Shown here one piece after another: positions 57,836 through 64,000 of a stretch of 64,000 bases of DNA. Each line of letters begins with the position of its first letter. The first letter of the stretch is position 1. The notes beneath the pieces are model-generated. The model worked only from the letters and a program-made list of their open reading frames with translations, was not told the origin of the DNA and searched no databases. This DNA is from Candidatus Heimdallarchaeota archaeon (lineage in GTDB: Archaea > Asgardarchaeota > Heimdallarchaeia > JABLTI01), in the NCBI GenBank assembly GCA_019058275.1, contig JAHLVW010000036.1, positions 32,001 through 96,000 on the forward strand. Reading direction: 5' to 3'. A program made the position numbers and the translations under genes.

Positions 57836-58687
57836 TCACTCAAGTGGATTATTTTCTTCCTTTTCAACTTTTTTTGGTTTGAGATACATGTAGTAATAGA
57901 GAATAGCAAATGCTAATAATCCCATGCCTGTTGAAAAGAGAACATCTGAAGCAAAATGGGCTCCCACAACAACTCGAGAGCAAGCAACAAAAAAGCCCCA
58001 AAGGAAAACAAAACCAACAGTAATTATTTTCATAGGATCCTTAGTTTCTTTTTCTCTGACAAGTACAAGTAATGGCAGTACCATCCATCCCATTGCAGTA
58101 TGCCCTGATGGAAAACTCATATGACGTATAGTTGGTTCGGGTGGTAAATACCAAGGAGTATAAAATTCAAATCCCATGTCTACTAAATCTCTAAAACGAA
58201 CACGCCCACAAAGCAATTTGGTAATTTGAACAAAGCCTAATGGATTTATTATCGATAGTAGTAAAACTAACCATGCGAATTTTTTGTAATTATTCAAGTC
58301 TCTATTTAACTCTAAAAATGAAAAAATTAAAACTGAACCAGCAATAGATCCACAAATAGTGGCTGCTTTGGGAGTATAATCAAATAAGAAGTAAATCATC
58401 AAGGTAATTCCAATTGCACTTATAACAAAAGCTGGTATTTTTTGCATTTTAGTTTTCTTAATAAAGCTACCAAAAAGCACTGCAATTGATATGCCAATTA
58501 ATCCAAATCCTGGTGTTTCTCCATAATCCGCTCCAAAATTTCCCCACCATGATTCAAAATTAACAACTGCATTAGAAATTTGAAGATCATATATACCAAA
58601 AACAATAGCAAGAATAATCCAAGGAATGAATATTGCCAATAAGGCAATTAAAAGAAATTGCTGTCGCTTATTTTCCAAAACATTCAT
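57836..58687 (-). CDS. PAP2 family membrane phosphatase
   Basis: KLLCGRVR, SFPSGH, SRVVVGAHFASDV. Confidence 0.9.
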   Translation of the reverse strand: MNVLENKRQQFLLIALLAIFIPWIILAIVFGIYDLQISNAVVNFESWWGNFGADYGETPGFGLIGISIAVLFGSFIKKTKMQKIPAFVISAIGITLMIYFLFDYTPKAATICGSIAGSVLIFSFLELNRDLNNYKKFAWLVLLLSIINPLGFVQITKLLCGRVRFRDLVDMGFEFYTPWYLPPEPTIRHMSFPSGHTAMGWMVLPLLVLVREKETKDPMKIITVGFVFLWGFFVACSRVVVGAHFASDVLFSTGMGLLAFAILYYYMYLKPKKVEKEENNPLE

Positions 58688-58886
58688 TCTTATAATTCAG
58701 TAATATCTGACATATTTAGGTTTTGAAACAAGAAAAAAACTAGTAAATCTTAATCGTCTGATAAGTCAACAGCAATTCTAAGTTTAGCATGTTGTCAATT
58801 TTTTGGGAAATTCCCAAAGCAAATCAAGAGATAAATAAATATAGTGCACTGCTTTTTCATAAGACAGAAATTGCTGTACAAAGTGT

Positions 58887-59816
58887 GTGAACTCAGTGGG
58901 TAAGAAACAGGAAGAAAAACTCGAAGCTTTAAAGTCTAATTTTGAACGTAGTGCAACAGAACAATATATTCAGGTTAATGATGGAAATCAATTGAGGGTA
59001 CTTTCCTTTATTAGGGAAGAACAAACTGTAAATGAAATTGAAGTTATGTTTATACCAGGTTTATTAACGATTTTTCCTCGCTGGGAAAAGGTGGTCAAAG
59101 AGTTAAACAAACACTATACAGTTCATTATATTGAGAGCCGAGAGAAAATCTCTAGTAAACTCCTAAAAAGAGCATCTCTTGATCTGCGAAAAATTTGGAA
59201 GGATCTTTCAAACATCGAAAAAACTCTTGGTTTGGACAAGAAAAGATATATTACAATCTCAAGCTCAATGGGTGGATCTATGATTATTGAGAATTTAGCA
59301 ACAAATGAGTTATCACCCATAGGTTCAATACTAATTGGTCCTGGTGTTAAGGTTCACTTTCCTAAATGGGTTCCCATATTTCTCCATGTCTTTCCAGCAT
59401 TTGGCATGCGAATGTTAAAACCACTCATTCGATGGTATCTTAGAACTTTTACAGTTGATGCTAAGAAAGAACCTAAACAAGCTAAACAATATACACGTTC
59501 TGTGAATGAAGCAGACATGCCTAAACTCAGAAAATGGATAATTAAGAATGCTAACAAATACAATGGATGGCATCTTTTACCTAAAATCGAAGATAGGATA
59601 ATACTAATAGCTGCTTCAACTGATAAAGTTCACAAAAGTGACTTCTCAGCTAAAGTATCTGAAGCATTGTCTAATTGCACCTATGTTGATCTCGGAACCA
59701 ATGAAGCAGCTCATGACACTCCTCTCGTTGAATTAGCAATAGAATTTACTAATGAACTTCAGGGTATAGGTCCAAAAGTTGTAGAACGTGATTTATTAAG
59801 TAGAGATAAGTATTAG
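58887..59816 (+). CDS. Alpha/beta hydrolase
   Basis: FIPG, SSSMGG nucleophile, TDKVH, EAAH. Confidence 0.7.
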   Translation: MNSVGKKQEEKLEALKSNFERSATEQYIQVNDGNQLRVLSFIREEQTVNEIEVMFIPGLLTIFPRWEKVVKELNKHYTVHYIESREKISSKLLKRASLDLRKIWKDLSNIEKTLGLDKKRYITISSSMGGSMIIENLATNELSPIGSILIGPGVKVHFPKWVPIFLHVFPAFGMRMLKPLIRWYLRTFTVDAKKEPKQAKQYTRSVNEADMPKLRKWIIKNANKYNGWHLLPKIEDRIILIAASTDKVHKSDFSAKVSEALSNCTYVDLGTNEAAHDTPLVELAIEFTNELQGIGPKVVERDLLSRDKY

Positions 59817-59844
59817 GGTGCAGAAGATACAAAGTAAACGAAAT

Positions 59845-59952
59845 TTAAAAATCATATACACCAAAATCAATTGCCAGAACAATCCAAGGAATAAATATTG
59901 CCAATAAGCTAATCAATAGAAACAGTTGTTGCTTATTTTCCAAAACATTCAT
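59845..59952 (-). pseudogene. Truncated duplicate of the PAP2 gene 5' end
   Basis: MNVLENKQQLFLLISLLAIFIPWIVLAIDFGVYDF*; 59851-59985 is a diverged direct copy of 58586-58720. Confidence 0.8.
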
Positions 59953-60014
59953 TCTTATAATTCAGCAATATCTTGCATATTTAGGATTTTTATTAAAAAA
60001 ATGATTAATGTATC

Positions 60015-60245
60015 TTAATCTTCTGAAAGGTCAATAGGAACTCTAGGTTTAGCTGGACCAAACAAACGTAAAGCGTAACTAACTAGAATTAATAAAATCA
60101 ATATACTAAGTGTTAAGTAAATGTAGTTGTAGAGTTCTGAAGGATTAGCAAAAATTCGTATAATGCTGATAATTAAACCTGGAACGGTTACTACTGCGAT
60201 TAATAACATCATGAGTAATATTGATTTTAGTGTTGCTTGTACCAA
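60015..60245 (-). CDS. Small two-TM membrane protein
   Basis: Two hydrophobic helices; GAGG RBS before TTG. Confidence 0.6.
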   Translation of the reverse strand: MVQATLKSILLMMLLIAVVTVPGLIISIIRIFANPSELYNYIYLTLSILILLILVSYALRLFGPAKPRVPIDLSED

Positions 60246-60300
60246 GTACTTCCTCTCAAATATATAATAAAGAAAACTTATCTTTAATATTATTGCCTAA

Positions 60301-60608
60301 TCAATCACTTGTTTTCTTATCCAGAATTTCTTGTAGCATAACAGCTAATTCTTGAGTGCAAGAGCTTGCTCTTCTGCAACCAGCTTCTTTTAGCTCATCA
60401 ATAGGAATATCTTCTGCTTTCTTGTCTCTAATCAATATAGACATTGATTTATTATGACCTATACAACCTTTCTTACCTTCAATTGTAAGATTTCTTATGA
60501 TAGTTTTTCCTACATCTTCTTCTATTTCAAAAATAAATTCTGTTTTACAGGTATCTGTTCCTTCTGCTGGTTTGAAGTATGAGTATAGATTTTACCCAAT
60601 ACATTCAT
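60301..60608 (-). CDS. TSCPD-domain-like 4-Cys protein, frameshifted near 60577, not in ORF track
   Basis: MNVLGKIYTHT/FKPAEGTDTCK...KGCIGHNK...AGCRRASSCTQELA...*; restoring one T joins the frames. Confidence 0.55.
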
Positions 60609-60895
60609 CTCTTTAATTTCTAGTTCTTTCAAATGATTTAATCTTTAAATAAATGGTTACTTAGATTGTAAAAGTGGTGATAAGTTTACATCAACTCTTA
60701 CATGATTTTTTTCAATAATTTAGGGATTGTAATCTATCATTAAATGGTATGTGTTTGGCATTCTTGCTCCAATATTGATCAATGTTACCAATTTGAAATT
60801 AAGTGAAGGGTATATTTGTTCAGTAAAATTAGTACTATTATTCAACAAAACATTTAATAATGTTCAGCTTAAATAGGTATTTGTGAGATGAAATA

Positions 60896-61762
60896 ATGAT
60901 GGAAAATTTCGATGATAGAAATGATATCGAACTAACAAAAGTTCCATTGGATGATTTAGCAAATATCTTAAGTGCTATTGCAAACAAAAGCAGACTGCAA
61001 TTAATCGAAGCGTTATTTGAAGGTCCTAAGGAATTTAGTGAGTTGAAAGAAGTTGTCAAGCTGAGTAAAACAGCACTAGCTCATCATCTGGAGAAATTGG
61101 TTCAATTTGGGATAATCAAGAATGTTGGTAGAGGGAAGTATAAGATAAATGATGATGGAAAAGAGCTTTTCATAACTGTGAAAGATGTTTACTTTAATTT
61201 AGAAGTAAGGAAAAAAATGAATGCTAAAAGAAAAGCAGATCATATACAGCAAATGTATTCTTCACGTCATAAAGATGAATTGAAATTTGAATTCATACGT
61301 CTTTTACCTATGAGAGTCATTAGTTTTCATGCTGTAAGTGATACACCAGAAAATGATGCTTGGATAAAGCTTCGCTCTTGGGCTGAACCAAGGGGTTATT
61401 TTGAAGATTTAGATAATCATCCCATATATGGTTTTAATAATCCTAATCCACGACTAGGAGAAAAGGTATACGGTTATGAGTTCTGGCTTGTTGTAGAACC
61501 TGATTATGAAACAGATGATGTTACTGTTAAGGATGTTCCAGAATCATTTAACGTTGTGACTAGATGCCATGTAGAAGATCCAATGAAAGATATTCCAAAA
61601 GCATGGGGAAAATTGCTTGATTGGATAAAAACCAATAATGTAAAATTTGCTGGAAAATGTGGTTTGGAGAAGGTCATCGATTCAAGTCATTCTAGTGGGG
61701 AGTTTATTCTTGATATCTATATCCCTATTGTTGAGAGCAGTATCCCAAGAAATTTGAAGTGA
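60896..61762 (+). CDS. ArsR-type HTH fused to a GyrI-like small-molecule-binding domain
   Basis: AIANKSRLQLI...LSKTALAHHLEKL; PENDAW...YGFNNP...YGYEFW; DIPKAWGKL; LDIYIPI. Confidence 0.85.
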   Translation: MMENFDDRNDIELTKVPLDDLANILSAIANKSRLQLIEALFEGPKEFSELKEVVKLSKTALAHHLEKLVQFGIIKNVGRGKYKINDDGKELFITVKDVYFNLEVRKKMNAKRKADHIQQMYSSRHKDELKFEFIRLLPMRVISFHAVSDTPENDAWIKLRSWAEPRGYFEDLDNHPIYGFNNPNPRLGEKVYGYEFWLVVEPDYETDDVTVKDVPESFNVVTRCHVEDPMKDIPKAWGKLLDWIKTNNVKFAGKCGLEKVIDSSHSSGEFILDIYIPIVESSIPRNLK

Positions 61763-62706
61763 TTATTATGCCAGAAGATATTGTTGTTAGGAAACAATTC
61801 GAAGAAGCTCTTGAAGCTTTTATTGAACAAGTAAAACAAGATGAGAGTATAACTGCTGCTTTATTATTCGGTAGTTTAGTAAAGGGTACAGTATGGAAGA
61901 AATCAGATATTGATTTAGTTTTAATAACTAAAGATCAGAAAACACCACTTCGAGATTTTTGGTTGATGGATGAAGACATAAACATTCAAGTTACAGTTTT
62001 TACAAGGAATTCATTCATTAGACACCAGCAAAGGTCTTTACAGGGTTCTGGTACACACCATGTATTAACTACTAGCAAAGTCTTGTTTTCTAATGATGAA
62101 ACCTTAGATGAGTTTATTGAGAGTATGAAGCAAGTAGGAAGGCGTGATTTTGAGATTGAGATACTTAGGATAATAAATATGGTAATTGGTGATTTAGAAA
62201 AAGCAGAAAAATATCTTACCGTTAATGATGATGTCCTCCAAAGCTACTTGTTTATCACTCGATTACTTGATAGATTTGCTTCAGTTATTGTTATGCTAAA
62301 TGATGAAATACCTGGAAGAGAATCTGTAGAACAAGCTATGAAATTTGAACCGGATTTGTTCAATGAAATATATTCACAAGTGATTATCTGTAAAACAGAC
62401 AAAAAGACCATGTCTAAAATTATTTCTAGAATAAGAAAGTATCTTGAAGATAAAACTCCCATCATTTTCAAGCCTATTATCGATTATATGAAAAAGGAAA
62501 GCACTTTTCGAAGTGTAACTGATATTGCTAATTTTCTTGATGATAAAGTAAAAACATCTTGGTGGCAGATTGCTGCTATGGCACTAGGTAATTGGTTAGT
62601 CGAACTAGGTTACTTAGAGAGATCTCCATGTCCTACTAGGTTAACATTAAGAAGTCATCATGAAGTAAACGAAATTGGTTATTATTTTATTGGAGATGAA
62701 ATATAA
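61759..62706 (+). CDS. Pol-beta-superfamily nucleotidyltransferase with helical C-terminal domain
   Basis: LFGSLVKG...SDIDL; overlaps the upstream gene; likely start ATG 61768. Confidence 0.8.
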   Translation: MIIMPEDIVVRKQFEEALEAFIEQVKQDESITAALLFGSLVKGTVWKKSDIDLVLITKDQKTPLRDFWLMDEDINIQVTVFTRNSFIRHQQRSLQGSGTHHVLTTSKVLFSNDETLDEFIESMKQVGRRDFEIEILRIINMVIGDLEKAEKYLTVNDDVLQSYLFITRLLDRFASVIVMLNDEIPGRESVEQAMKFEPDLFNEIYSQVIICKTDKKTMSKIISRIRKYLEDKTPIIFKPIIDYMKKESTFRSVTDIANFLDDKVKTSWWQIAAMALGNWLVELGYLERSPCPTRLTLRSHHEVNEIGYYFIGDEI

Positions 62707-64000
62707 TGAAAAATTACATAGAAATTATTGGTGCAAAAGAAAATAATCTAAAGAATGTCACTGTAAAGATTCCTCGAGATAAATTTACTGTGGTAACTGG
62801 TGTATCCAGATCTGGGAAATCCTCACTAGCATTTGATGTATTATATGCTGAAGGACAAAGAAGATTCTTAGAGACTCTTTCAGCTTATGCTAGATCTCGA
62901 GTTCCACAAATGAAAAGACCTGATGTTCAATTTATCAAAGGATTATCTCCAATTGTAAGTATAGATCAAAAACGAGGTATAAGTAATCCTAGATCAACAG
63001 TTGGTAGTTTAACAGATGTGGGAAGCTATGTTAGGTTACTATATTCAGTTATAGGAGATGCGTATTGTCCTTATTGCGATCATCAGATTAGTATCAAAAC
63101 AGCTGGTCAATTAGCTGATGAAATTGGATCTTTACCAGAAGGAGCTATTATAGAGGTTCGTTCTATTCTCTTCAAAGTTTATGGAGAAGATTATCAGTAT
63201 TTACTCGATCAAATAAGAAATCATGGTTATAGACGCTTTAGGATTAATAATGAAGTATTTGACATAGGAAAAGAGATTGAATTAGATGCAGATAATGACT
63301 ATCAAATAGAAGCGATTATTGACAAATTTACTGTTAAGGGAGATATCTATAAGCAAATTATCGAAACAATCGAAAATGCATTTTTCATTGGTCAGAAATT
63401 AATTATTATAGAGGTATTAAATTCAAAAGAGATTAAGGTTGATTTGAAGGATTTCTTTAGTTTCATGTGTCCGGAACATCATACTGTTTGTGGTGAATTA
63501 TTACCTTGGTTTTTCACATCAAATGATCCTGAAAGTGCTTGTGTGACATGTGCTGGATTAGGCACTCAATTTAGAGCTTCTCCATTCTTAATTGTGAATG
63601 ATGAAAATAAAACTATAAGAGATGGAGCATTAGATACCAGAATCTTTAATTTTAGTCAGAAAACATACAAGCGATTCAATAATATGGATGGAGTTATGAT
63701 GCATAGTTTAGCAGAACATTATAACTTCAGCTGGGATGATACATTCAAGGATTTACCTGAAAAAATACGAAATATTCTTTTTTATGGTTCAGAAGGTGAG
63801 AAGATAGAAATAATCATTCCTCCTGATGCCCCTATTCAAGATGATAAAAATAAAGGTAAGCTAGTTGCTTGGGAAGGCTATATTTCTAGAATTGATCGTT
63901 GGTACAAAAGAGTCACTAATCAAAGAACTCCGAAGTCATACGAAGAGGATATGTACAAACGAGTAATGGTAGAACAAACATGCCCTGATTGTAAAGGGTT
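62706..64000 (+). CDS. uvrA: UvrA-family ABC ATPase, 5' part (runs off right edge), not in ORF track
   Basis: GAKENNLKNV, Walker A GVSRSGKSSLAFD, AEGQRR, GLSP, NPRSTVG, CPYC, CPEH, CVTC, CPDC; TAATG coupling with the upstream gene. Confidence 0.9.
   Translation, partial: MKNYIEIIGAKENNLKNVTVKIPRDKFTVVTGVSRSGKSSLAFDVLYAEGQRRFLETLSAYARSRVPQMKRPDVQFIKGLSPIVSIDQKRGISNPRSTVGSLTDVGSYVRLLYSVIGDAYCPYCDHQISIKTAGQLADEIGSLPEGAIIEVRSILFKVYGEDYQYLLDQIRNHGYRRFRINNEVFDIGKEIELDADNDYQIEAIIDKFTVKGDIYKQIIETIENAFFIGQKLIIIEVLNSKEIKVDLKDFFSFMCPEHHTVCGELLPWFFTSNDPESACVTCAGLGTQFRASPFLIVNDENKTIRDGALDTRIFNFSQKTYKRFNNMDGVMMHSLAEHYNFSWDDTFKDLPEKIRNILFYGSEGEKIEIIIPPDAPIQDDKNKGKLVAWEGYISRIDRWYKRVTNQRTPKSYEEDMYKRVMVEQTCPDCKG

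Overview
AT-rich, gene-dense archaeal chromosome segment, probably from an Asgard (Heimdallarchaeia-like) archaeon. This host call is an inference from an archaeal class III pilin signal peptide, an RpoM/TFS-type Zn ribbon, BpsA, GGTGA/GGAG ribosome-binding sites, a TPR + roadblock/longin-like protein and a CdvA-like coiled coil. The main feature is a ~16 kb acyl-chain biosynthesis locus (4881-21000). It encodes biotin ligase, an alpha/beta hydrolase (candidate thioesterase), a three-subunit biotin-dependent acyl-CoA carboxylase and a 3581-aa iterative type I PKS/FAS of the Pfa-like class with the order ER(degenerate)-ER-KS-AT-KS-ACP-ACP-KR-DH-PPTase. Both ACP domains carry Thr instead of the phosphopantetheine-accepting Ser. 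A repeated palindrome TTTTACWGTAAAA lies in the divergent promoter. Archaea generally lack ACP-dependent fatty-acid synthases, so this locus is the top candidate for an undescribed system. The rest of the window holds a speD-bpsA polyamine pair (SpeD with Thr at the pyruvoyl site), housekeeping and accessory genes (maf, nadB, M42 peptidase, GH2 beta-galactosidase, orphan DNA MTase), a TIR + membrane-protein pair, an ArsR/GyrI-NTase-UvrA operon running off the right edge, several pseudogenes or frameshifted genes, small ORFs missed by the track, and two structured sRNA candidates. No rRNA, tRNA, CRISPR array or intact transposase was seen.
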